Below, piece by piece: positions 10,143 to 20,419 of a stretch of DNA of 64,000 bases. The position numbers and the translations under genes were made by a program. Position 1 is the stretch's first letter; every line of letters starts with the position of its first letter. The notes beneath the pieces are model-generated. The model made no database searches and had not been told where the DNA came from. It saw nothing but the letters and a program-made list of their open reading frames with translations. The stretch comes from Eutreptiella sp. 'Long Island Sound 2002'. Its lineage: Eukaryota > Protista > Euglenida. The stretch lies in contig OZ038378.1 of the NCBI GenBank assembly GCA_964036045.1, positions 16,554,001-16,618,000 on the forward strand. The letters run 5' to 3'.

Positions 10143-12119
10143 TATTTACAACGGGGGGGGGGGGGGTTGAGCCATTATACACAACCCAGCACAGGGCGTC
10201 AAACCAAAAAGTCAAACACACGCCCTACAAAATTTTACTGTGGTGTGCTGTAGTGCAGCAATGCACTGCAGCCCTGCATGCTAGTTAGGGTGGGAGTGGG
10301 GGTAGTTCTGCAGTGGTGAGGGGTGTAAACAAACAGAACACCCGAGTGCAGCAGCGGCCAAAACTGCCAAAAACCGTGAGATAGAGGGGGGGGGGCTGTC
10401 AAAAAATCTGTACTCGCCTGCCTGAAAAGGTTAGAATATTGTACAAAAATGCATCCCTGCCCTCCCTGCAGCATACACAGCAAGTGGAGTGTTTTGTTTC
10501 TTTCCTGTCATTCCGCAGTCTAGCACGACACCTGTATACTCTACAAATTCCATTAATCTGCACCTGATTAAAATTCCTCTTCAGCTCATGTCAAATTCGC
10601 TTTTCTCCACTTGCTGAGCCTGCAGAGGCAAAACAGAAACACTACATGCATATCATATAAAATAAAACGACGGCGTGTCCGATCGTCAACCATACCTGCC
10701 GCCTCCTCCAAACAAAGCTCCTGCATCCCAGTTCCGACCTCGTGTACTGCTGACTGCCTAAAAAGCAAGCACAGAGGTTACAAACTACACGCTATAAAAA
10801 CGCCACGACAACTATGCTAATGCACACGACGTGAAAAAACGCAAGCGGAAGCCTACTGAAACGCATCCTGAAATATTTTTATCATTGTATCCTGTTGTCA
10901 AACGCGTAACTGTATTTGTAAAATCTATAATAAAAACTAATCAAGCTGGACTGAGCAAACCTACGCCAACGCTTTGCCACACCTGGCGCACGCACAAATG
11001 CACACACGTACTTGCAAGAAAAAGCGAAAGACCAACACAGACAAAATGTTTTGAAATGTAAAAGAATTAAAGTAAGAAGTAAAAGTATACCGAAACACAA
11101 ACAACAAAGAAAACTCACAACTCACGGAGGGCTATGCAAGATGTGAGTCAGGCGCGGGCGCTCATCTCCTGCCTGCCAACCCAAAGCAAACATTACCTTA
11201 AGACCAAGCCCTGTGCATCCCACACCATGGCCAGGGGGCGGGGCGAAACAGTTAATTGGCTAAATTGATTCCGAACAGTATACCTAAAGCATGTTGGTCA
11301 AGCAAAAAGCTGTTGTAAGGGCAGTGCTTTTTGCAACAGTTGCCATGTTTAATGAAGAGCAGCATTCTTCTTCAACATGCCCCCTTTAATACGTGTTTAT
11401 CTTTTTCACGGTAGTTGCCTCCAAAGCCTTCGCACCTCTAGACGCTTGGACCTACACTCACTTTCTCCGGTGCTTCCAAAATACATGTGATAGCGGCCTT
11501 TTTGTCTTTCACGCTTATCACATGCACTTTGGTCTATTTGTCATTCAATTGTGGTTGCAACGAGAGCAAAAAGGTTTTCACTGCATGCATCTCTGAGATA
11601 GCAGAATGAATGTGGTTGGGGTACCGTTAGACCTCAACAGTGATCCGCTGCACACTGTGCAAATTAGTCAGTTTAAACTATTGACACCTATTCTCGCCAT
11701 GTAGCTGCGCAACCTCACAGCCAAGTTATAGGTGAACTCAACGAAACCGTAATTTTGACTTCTCTTATAGTGTTTTCGGAATGCATCTCTGCTAGTTTGA
11801 TGCCCACAATATGTTGGTTGTACATGATGCACATGAGCCTCTGTCCAACCTCCATGCCCCAAGCCAACCAAGGGATCATGGACCCACAACACCACGAACA
11901 CCACCACGCCACAAACCACCCCCACCAGGTCCTCCTCCACCACCACCACCCACCCTCTCACCCTACGCAACCCCAACTAACCGCCCCGTACCCCGAGGCG
12001 CCCATGCAGTACCAACGCCAAGGGGGGCTACAACAGCAGCCCTGCCGCAGTGCCTCTTCAAGAATACCACCAGCCCCCTCTCTGCAACCCGCCCCAGCGG
12101 GCTCCATTTTGACCATGCC

Positions 12120-12700
12120 AGTAGCGTAGTGCCTCATGTGCTGTTGTGTTAAGGGACTTCTGGTTCTTGTCGGGGTTTGTTGTAAGCTGCTTGTCATACC
12201 AGTTGTCGATCCACAAGACAACCCATTGCTGGTATATTTTGTCCCACGTTGTTTGCAACCTGGTTGTAGCCCTCTCTTTCACCCATGGCGTGTTGTATCG
12301 CGCGAAACCTGACGTGGCTAAAATGCGTCCTTGCGCCCTGCTCCTTTCGATAGCCACTACAGATTTGGGCTTCCATTGAGACGGAACTGCCCGATAGTGC
12401 ATCAACAAATAAAGGTACCAAGTCTCTTCCTGCAAAACGTCCACCCATCTCCTTCCCTCTAACACGATTGCATTTTGGACGCTGCAACGCTTTCATTCAT
12501 TTTTGCGTAGCCGCAGGAAAAAAGTAAACAGCAATCGCGCGCCCTCATCCCCTTGTTTTAGGCCTTCCCATAACTCTTCTGACGTGTGATACGGTGGTTT
12601 CACTGAGCACACATCGCGGAATATTCCAGATGCCGCTGCCACTGCTTTCTCGAGGTCCGACACCTTGCGTAGGGGCATTGTCACTGTAAGGAAAATTTGC
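12120..12700 (-). pseudogene. Truncated second copy of the unassigned DDE-like transposase
   Basis: YHTSEELWEGLKQGDEGARLLFTFFLRLR aligns with YTTAEHLWTAIEKNKCGAVFFFDFARLLR of copy 1. VLWIDNWYDKQLTTNPDKNQKSLNTTA...YWHGQ aligns with CVWIDNCYIK*YGTHPTIQDPSQNCTA...YFRGQ. Confidence 0.65.
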
Positions 12701-13029
12701 GCAGATGTACCTCCCTACATATTGCAATTATGAAAAATATTCTAGGAGTAATCATCTACCTGTCACACAATTCTCGCGCGACCACGTTTTGACGATTGGT
12801 TGGTCGCGTGCACCATTTTTTGTTCGCAGTAATTGTCACGCACTCCCACAGTGTGCTGGTAAATGCTACCTGCTTGTATCCAGTTGCGACGCGCTACCGA
12901 CGGTGTTGGGCACTAAAGTCAGCACCTTTAGGGCGGGCCATACAGCAGCGCCCCATCAAAGGGAATGTACATGCTGTTTAGTTGATGGATATGCTCATTT
13001 TTATTTATTCGCACGTTTGGAACCTTCAT

Positions 13030-13338
13030 TGCGCGAGGCCTCGCGCATTGGAGCTGGATAATTTATGGTTTGCGACACGCCATTCTATGCGCGAGGCCTC
13101 GCGCATCGAATGGCGGTTTCTTCAGTAACAACTATACATTTACAGATTACCTAGTGGAGTAAAATGAAAATATATGTATTGTTATATCCATTTCTACCAG
13201 TCCATTCTGATAAGGCTACACATCGTTACGTGTATGCCGACGGCATGTTTCTCCTTTCCCAGAACTTGAGTAATGTATCGTGTTGTAATACATTATTGTG
13301 ATACATGTTGTCCTATGCGCGAGGCCTGGCGCATAGGA
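13030..13338. repeat. Three copies of the palindrome (A)TGCGCGAGGCCTCGCGCA(T)
   Basis: 18-bp perfect palindrome at 13030-13047, a 38-bp near-perfect one at 13078-13115 and a ~27-bp one with one mismatch at 13312-13338. Confidence 0.9.
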
Positions 13339-14220
13339 TTGTCATAAAACAATAGTTTTTGAGAGAACGCTTGGTGTATCTGTCGCGTCAGTGAAATAAT
13401 TTATTTCTTGAGAATCATTTACGAGGTGGTACACCAATCTCTCAAAAGAATTATTATTTCCTTCCTTTCCGACCCTTTCCATTTTCAACATTTTCAGGTG
13501 TTTTGGACCCATGCAACTTGAGCCGCCTAAGAAGTTTGGTTCAAATACTAGTACAAAGCTCCACACCTCCGACGGATCATTGATTGAGGTGAAGCTATTG
13601 CTTTTTGTTCCGGGACACTGAAGGGTTTGACGCCTACGATTTTACACGGCAGGCAAAGGGTTGTGTCGCGTGGCAATTTCCGATCAATTATTTGCCATTT
13701 TGCGAACTATCTCGCGACCTCTTAGGTGTGAAAAAGTTGACATTTGGACAAGGGGTACGCCGATGAGATCATCAGGTCATAGGTAACTCTAAGTACATTG
13801 TAGGGTGGGTGGTGCAAGCACAATTTTTTGCTTTGTTCACTGAAGAGTATGGATAGATCTGCAATCATTAGTGGCACTTGGTTTTTTTTCCCGTTCCCGA
13901 TTTTGGCTGCCGTTAGATCTAGAGTTTTCAAGACTTTCACAAATGTGTTCTGTGTGTGCCATGCTTTGTGAAAGATGCTCAATCAATGACGGTTACAACG
14001 GGTACCACGAGGTACAAATTGTTTCAAGTCATTTTGAACAATAATATGCGCCATTATATTGAACACATTCCAATGTAGAATTGCATCCGGAGAAGACACC
14101 CTCTAGGGTGAGTTTTGTACCAAAATACAAACATTTTGTTAATGGTAAGATTTATGAAATATTGATCCAGCAGTGCACCTATTCTTAGAATGCCAAATGT
14201 GAATGAATGAATGTACGTTA

Positions 14221-14300
14221 GGAGCGCGCGCCAACTCCCCTGTTGGCGCACGCCAAATCAGGAGTTGGCGCGCCAACTTACCACTTGGCGCGTGCCAAAG
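14221..14300. repeat. GGCGCGCC palindromic array (4 units), same family as 6369 and 8640
   Basis: gcgcgcgccaac / gttggcgcacgccaaa / gttggcgcgccaac / cttggcgcgtgccaaa at ~21-22-bp spacing. Confidence 0.85.
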
Positions 14301-14323
14301 CCATGTCGACGCGTAGTGCCTGC

Positions 14324-15560
14324 TCATTTCCTCGACCGCTTGCTGCCCTGACTCCCCTCGCCCTCTTCCGCCCGCCTCCGCTTGGGGTCCAGCAGGTGCG
14401 CAACCGGGTGCTCGTCCAGCAGGCCCTTCAGCTCCGTGAGGGTGGTGTCTTTGACCCCCATGTTGAGGGCCACACGTCGTTGGGCGCTGAGTGCAGAGTG
14501 CAACTCAACCGCCGCGGCCTGCAGGTACAGCACATGGTCGGGGTCGGCGCCACCCTCTGCCCCCCCCCCAACTGCACGCACCTGCGCCGTGGCGGACAGC
14601 TGCTGCTGCAACTCCGCCCTCCGCTTTTCCCACCCCTTCTCCCGCCGCTTCCACGCGGCGCGCTCGCCGGTGAGCGCCTCCTGCGCCGTCTTGCGGGCGG
14701 CCTCCGCCGCCTTCAGCTGCTCGCGCAGCAGCTTGTTCTCCGCCTCCAGGCGGAGAATCTCCGCCTTCTCCCGTGCCCCCCCCCCCCCCCCGTCTCGCGC
14801 TGCTTGCGCTGACTGTGCTGCCTCCTGGGGGGTGGTCGTGGGGCGAGGGCGCCTAGAGCCCCTGGCCTGCTGCTCCGTGCGGCCCTTGCTCTGCAGGGAC
14901 GGGTCCCCAGACGCGTCGGATCCGGCCTTGCCCCCCTTCTCCCCCTTCGGCCCTTTCCCCAGGAGCTGCTTCTGGAAGCGGAGGAGAAACGCCTGCGCTG
15001 CCTCCTTCAAGTGGGGGGCAGGGGCAATGGCCCGCACGTCGCTCCACTCGCATTGCTTCCACCTCTGCAGCTGTCCCAGAGCGTCAATGCTGCAGAGGAG
15101 GAGCCGGTTGTGCGTGGAGGGGGGGTGCACCTGCACAACTGGCACAACTGAGGCAACCCATGGTTGCACCCCCGCCTTCCCCTGCACCACTGCCCAGAAC
15201 GGGCACTCCACCACCTTATTCGGTCCGGACCCCCGCCGAATCATCTGCGCCTGGAACAGGCGGCTGATCCTCGTCCCCCCCACATCGATGACGTCCACCG
15301 CCGTCGCCTCGGCGGACGTCACCTTCACGAACTTATCGGGGCCGGGCAAGTCGTCCCCGAAGTCTGCCGGTTCCGGGACCTCCGGAACTTCCCAATCCAC
15401 CTCCACCTCCACATCCACCTCCAACCCCTCCTGCTGCTCTTGCCGCTGCTCTTGCCGCTGCTCCTGCCGCTGCTCCTCCTGCCGCTCCGTTGCGGCCGGC
15501 ACGGGCACTGGACGCGGGTCCACTTCCAGTTGAAAATTGGCGTAGTGGATTGGGACCTGC
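14324..15560 (-). CDS. GC-rich hypothetical protein (~400 aa) with acidic QEQR repeats and a C-terminal coiled coil; start uncertain
   Basis: 441-aa open frame 14324-15649 with strong GC3 bias from ~15550 down and the coiled coil AEILRLEAENKLLREQLKAAEAARKTAQEAL. Confidence 0.65.
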
Positions 15561-16762
15561 AAATACACAACATCACAATGAACAAGCATTGAACAATGCA
15601 CACAACGACACCAATGCGACAACCAAGACAACACAAAAACCAGCCACACAGCAAGCTTTCCGATAAAACCAAACCAAGCGCCAAAACTGGACTTACCTGT
15701 CTATTTCTCCTTCTCATTTGCGGTGAAAATAGTCTATACAAATTTTTTGAACGGTTGTAACCACTCAGGCGAATCATGTACAGCCTACAGATTGGCCCAT
15801 TGCGAAAAAGCACAAATTGAGGCAGCACACCTAGAAACGATTGTTCGGGACCGCGTTTTCAACACGCCGTGGAGGTGTAAACCAGATGCTTCAAATCACC
15901 GTTGTGTGCCGATAATGCAATAACAATTGCTAGGTATGAAATCGGTCAAAACCAAGCGAGATTGCATTGGTTGTTCATTACAATAACACACTTTCCGGGT
16001 TGATTTAGCCCATATTGCAGGCAACGGGTAGCACAAGGAGTGTGGGACACAAGGCATCACAAAATCGGTATTTTCACAACAATCAAACGTTACCAATTTC
16101 CGGGCTGGGCGCCCATTGGTACGAAATGTGGAGCGTCTTTGTTTTTTATAGGCACGTGAACAACGAGTTTGGGAATGTTCATTCTCCTTGAAAACATGAT
16201 CTTTTCCTTGACGATGGCTCTTTTGTCGGACACCCAAAAGATGATGCAACTACCCACTTGGGCCCCTCTTGGCTGTTTCCTTGTTCTTACTGAGGTTTGT
16301 GTGCCATTGATGTAGTACCCATGGGATGGGACATCTAACAATGGGACAGATTACAAACTATGATTTGGGGTGGACCAACAATATTTCATGTCACCAACAC
16401 AATTGCTTCTCACCCCATGCATTCAAACGCAAACATCCAATAGTGAGCATTGTGAATGGTCCCACACAAAGGGTGCTTAAAGCATGTAGATTCGCCAATT
16501 GTTGCTATAATACATGTTGTAAAATACATAGCAATTGAAGACAGGTGTTCCTTAGAGAACACTGCGCGGAATCAAGCACTAAGCAACAGATCGTCATTGT
16601 AGACACGGAAATCGTTAATTTGCAATATATACACAAAACGCCCATGGTGTGTTGTGGCTTGCGACAGAAACAGTATTACATAAAGACGACCAGCGAGTTT
16701 TCCCTAAACAATCAGTATGTGATGATGTTGCGTAAAGCAACCAATCATTGCAAAACGAAACT

Positions 16763-17491
16763 TCACTTCCGACCAAAAAATTGGTCTAGAGTGCGTTGTT
16801 TGCAATCTGAGTCGCGTGATTGTTCGGGCATTCGTAAAGGTTGGTTGCAATTTTTTTTAGAATGCCACTGCGGGGTGCCGCCTTTGCTGATGTGTCTTTC
16901 TTTTCGTTGAGATTTGTGACTCTTCATGGCACGTTGTAGGCTCGTATGAGGCACCGCTTTTCGGGCTGCAAATGCAAAAATAGGAGCAATTTGCCGAGAC
17001 TGTTGGGACAAAGTGTCGTTGGCCTTGGGCGCGGAAGAGGACGAAGATGTTGCTTGGACGCTCGTTGATGCAGCTGAAACAGACAACCCATCAGCCAACA
17101 TATCTTCCCTTAAACGGGCCCAAGCACGCTCGTCGTCCTCATTCCAAGAATAGAAATTTCGGCTGGCATCCTCATATGCAGTCACCACGGGGGCGTACTC
17201 TGGGTGACTTTGCGCAAACATGTGTACTTTCTCAAGATCAAGCATAGACAACACGGGCAACATGGTGCAGACTCTACCATAAAACAAGGCGGAGAAGCCT
17301 GACATGACCTGACAAAGGACTATGGTCATATTCTGCCAATCTTTCACAAGTGGCACGGCATACAACACCATGGAAAACACCCTGGTTCCTACACGTAAGT
17401 GCACGAGGTTTTTCTTTCTGTGTGGTGATACGTTGCACCAGCACCGCCAAACTGCGTGGACGTAAAAAATCCCGGTGCAACTAACCAGCAT
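16763..17491 (-). CDS. Hypothetical protein ending in a canonical PIP box (QRTLDQFF)
   Basis: 242-aa ORF whose last residues are KQRTLDQFFGRK*, matching Qxx[LIM]xx[FY][FY]. An in-frame upstream segment lies past one TAG at 17507. Confidence 0.55.
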   Translation of the reverse strand: MLVSCTGIFYVHAVWRCWCNVSPHRKKNLVHLRVGTRVFSMVLYAVPLVKDWQNMTIVLCQVMSGFSALFYGRVCTMLPVLSMLDLEKVHMFAQSHPEYAPVVTAYEDASRNFYSWNEDDERAWARLREDMLADGLSVSAASTSVQATSSSSSAPKANDTLSQQSRQIAPIFAFAARKAVPHTSLQRAMKSHKSQRKERHISKGGTPQWHSKKNCNQPLRMPEQSRDSDCKQRTLDQFFGRK

Positions 17492-17666
17492 TTGCCTAAA
17501 TGAGTCCTAGCTGCTCCAATAGATTAGGCCACACAACAACAACATGCCCTTCGAGGGTGCACTGCGGGGTGCAACACGGCAATGTCGCTCACATTGCAAT
17601 GGCAAGGGTGCAGCGAAGTCCAATTCAGACCCCTTTGCCGGTTGGCAACCTTTAGTATGGTTTCTA

Positions 17667-18254
17667 TCATGGTGTATTGCCCACAACCTGACAGCCACGC
17701 AACACATCGATGTATGTTGCCCCATCGTGAAAGTACAACCATGTGGCGTCGCCTACGTACATGATTTTGCCAACACCCTTCAAAATGGGCTGCAAATCTT
17801 GCGGTGTAAGGACCACAGGGAAAATCATGGGTTTCAGCGGTGCGGCCGCCTTGGCATTAGGAACTTTGGCAATAGCGTCCAGTGTGTCCAATGGATTTTC
17901 GAACATGACCTTGGCCCCCGCTTGGGCGTCTACGGCCATGTAGTACGGTTTTAGGTCGGTGCCAATGACTGTTGCGAGCTCAATGTACGACTTCACGGTT
18001 GCCACCAAGATCTCCGGGGCAGGAAGGTTGACAACCATGTATGAAGTGGAAGGACTTGGCTTTTCTTCCAAGGAGGCCAAAAAAGCCTCACAATCGCCAT
18101 CAGACACATCATCGTCGATCTTATGCTCCGTTGCCGACTTGTAATAGAAGCGGCGTGCAACTTTAATGCGGTCTTCAGGCTTGGCTTGATTAAGCAACTC
18201 TTTCAAACCCACCCGTAACTTGTCTGTCACCTTGTTATCCAGTACGGCCGCCAT
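17667..18254 (-). CDS. Hypothetical globular protein (~195 aa), unknown function
   Basis: Open frame of 213 aa (likely start MAAVLDNK) with protein-like composition and marked GC3 codon bias. Confidence 0.65.
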   Translation of the reverse strand: MAAVLDNKVTDKLRVGLKELLNQAKPEDRIKVARRFYYKSATEHKIDDDVSDGDCEAFLASLEEKPSPSTSYMVVNLPAPEILVATVKSYIELATVIGTDLKPYYMAVDAQAGAKVMFENPLDTLDAIAKVPNAKAAAPLKPMIFPVVLTPQDLQPILKGVGKIMYVGDATWLYFHDGATYIDVLRGCQVVGNTP

Positions 18255-18374
18255 CTTCGCAGTGCAGAACGCCTTTTCAACATTGATGGGTGTTGGCTGG
18301 CCTTGCACGGTGTATGTCCATTTGCTCGTTTCTGCCCGTTGCCTTTTATCCGAATCCTCTTGGACTGTGGCAGG

Positions 18375-18806
18375 CTAACTTTCTGCGCTTTTGCCCGAAC
18401 TTTTCTCAACGGCATCTGGTACTTTTCTTTTCAGAGACCCAGAGCGAGTTTTCAACGGGGTCAATGTCATGTTGGGATCTACCCAAAGAAAGAAGTCGCA
18501 CGCTTTGCACGAGTCGAATGAACGACCAGCATTCTTCGTGTTTGTGCACGAGTGTACTTCTGGCACCTCTCCGCAGTCACACCGTGGCTGACCATTTGCC
18601 CCTTTGCCACTTGGGTGAATGATTGCCCAAGATTTGAAGCACTTGTCTTGTTTTTCCGGACATGAGCGCGTCAAACACCCGTAGTTTGCTTTGCTTGAGC
18701 AATATCGCACCTCAAATTTGTTGCCACACTTGCAGGTTTGCTTGATCCAGTATGCTTTGGCAGCGGCTGCACTATCGAATTCGATCTCAATATTGGAAGC
18801 CGACAT
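18375..18806 (-). CDS. Tandem GRF-type zinc-finger protein
   Basis: PRCDCGEVPEVHSCTNTKNAGRSFDSCKACDFFLWVD fits the GRF consensus CxC...N.GR.F..C...C.FF.W. An upstream degenerate finger reads CKCG...NYG..TRSCP....CFKSW. Confidence 0.75.
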   Translation of the reverse strand: MSASNIEIEFDSAAAAKAYWIKQTCKCGNKFEVRYCSSKANYGCLTRSCPEKQDKCFKSWAIIHPSGKGANGQPRCDCGEVPEVHSCTNTKNAGRSFDSCKACDFFLWVDPNMTLTPLKTRSGSLKRKVPDAVEKSSGKSAES

Positions 18807-19035
18807 GTCAACAGCAACAATGATTCGACGTTTAGCAGACGTGGTGCAACCTGGTTAGTTCATTGCAACATCAATCATGCAGCACACGTGATTCTTAGGA
18901 TGTCTCGTGAGCAGTGGTGTCAACCAACATATAGTATTGGGGCAAAACAATTGGAAAGTTGTTGCTCTGCCTTTTCATGTCAATGCCACCCGCACATCCA
19001 ATGGGCACTTTTTCTGGCTACCAAACCTTTGACGC

Positions 19036-19428
19036 CTAGAGTTCATCATTTTGTGCTTTTTGTTTTTGCTTTACGGGAAATCTGAAGTTTAAACAAACCT
19101 TTTTTGGCTTATCTTGGACCCAACACATAACGCGTGTAACCCAACCGTAAAACGTACGTTGTACGTACTCAACACCACATTGCAATGCCAAAACGGGGCG
19201 TTGAATGGTGATGATCACTTTGTTGGGGCCGGTAACGTAGTCCAATGAATTTCCTTTTTTCGGCATAAGGCTGCGCAATGTTGTGGATTGCTTTTGTGCT
19301 ATTGCAGGCGATTTTTGCTTTACATGCTTGTTGCGTGTCATGCCCGTCTTATAGGAGGTTTCCATCTCGCGTTCACCCCTACCACCAGAAGGCGGAGGTA
19401 ACTTCCACGAGATTTCCCAACCCCCCAA
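19036..19428 (-). CDS. Small basic hypothetical protein
   Basis: 130-aa ORF co-oriented with its neighbours; no recognised motif. Confidence 0.35.
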   Translation of the reverse strand: MGGWEISWKLPPPSGGRGEREMETSYKTGMTRNKHVKQKSPAIAQKQSTTLRSLMPKKGNSLDYVTGPNKVIITIQRPVLALQCGVEYVQRTFYGWVTRVMCWVQDKPKKVCLNFRFPVKQKQKAQNDEL

Positions 19429-19777
19429 GCGGTTTGGCTCTTACCCACGAAGGGCAACCCCGGTCAAAGGGCACATGACAACCCACCTTGGCGGAAGGAT
19501 CACCAATTTCCAGGCTGGGCCGCCCATGGAAATCGGAGCTGGGCCAAAGCCACACTCGACCATCCAAGGCCGCACTGTGCTGCATTTGATACTATTGCAC
19601 CCCCTTCACATTTGTGCTTTTCCATGTGATGTGAGCAATACTTTGGGTCCCAGAAAAATGCCAACAAAGGCCCATGGTGTTGTGAAGTAGACACATTATC
19701 CAAATAAAGTAGACAAACCGGCATTGCAACCAAAGATGCACGCAAAATGGGCCGATAGTGACACGATGGGGTGTCAA

Positions 19778-20419
19778 TTACAAATGCATGTTGTAATTCG
19801 TTGTATATAAGATTGCACGCAGCTGCTCGAATAGGCAAGAGTCCGAGTCTTTGAAGACACTCATTGGCAAAATGTACACAATGCGACAGCTACGACAACC
19901 ACGGTCAAATGCTTCAAGTGGTAAACGGGATACGGCATTGTCGCAGGACGTGTGCTTTGTCACCACAACAACGATATCATCCTCAGGGTAAAACATGCCC
20001 TCTACTGATGCACGACTACAAATATAAAACGTGTTATGGAATAAGTTTATGCGGCGCAACCAACGGGGTTTCATTTCTATCGTACAATAAATAGGAACCA
20101 CCAATTTTTTGCATCGACACATGGGTTCACTAAGTGCCATGGACACCACCAATCCCAGAAACATGGATGGCGGAAATTGCATACTCGAGTATTCGCGGGT
20201 ATGATAAAACTCCAAAAATTGCACTGGAAACAACATTCGTCGAGACAAACAATTGAAGATATTTATTGTGAACCTATGGTAGCAATGGACACGCAAATTT
20301 GCATTGGAAAAGAAACGATGCCAAAAACACAGCATTAGTGCCTCTAGAGGTGAAAGAAAACACAGTATTATTTCAATTGTGTCATAGCAAATGCTGCTTA
20401 ATGAGCGACACGTTGACAT
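19778..20419 (-). CDS. F-box-like protein (~213 aa)
   Basis: N-terminal LSSICYDTIEIILCFLSPLEALMLCFWHRFF resembles the F-box pattern L..LP.E....I..+L....L..+....R.+. The reading frame is uninterrupted. Confidence 0.55.
   Translation of the reverse strand: MSTCRSLSSICYDTIEIILCFLSPLEALMLCFWHRFFSNANLRVHCYHRFTINIFNCLSRRMLFPVQFLEFYHTREYSSMQFPPSMFLGLVVSMALSEPMCRCKKLVVPIYCTIEMKPRWLRRINLFHNTFYICSRASVEGMFYPEDDIVVVVTKHTSCDNAVSRLPLEAFDRGCRSCRIVYILPMSVFKDSDSCLFEQLRAILYTTNYNMHL

Noticed and set aside
11668-11976. RRM protein suggested by NYGFVEF (RNP1-like) on the minus strand; His/Pro-rich ORF on the plus strand
   Set aside because: No RNP2 or correct domain spacing, the surrounding sequence is low-complexity, and the strand cannot be decided.
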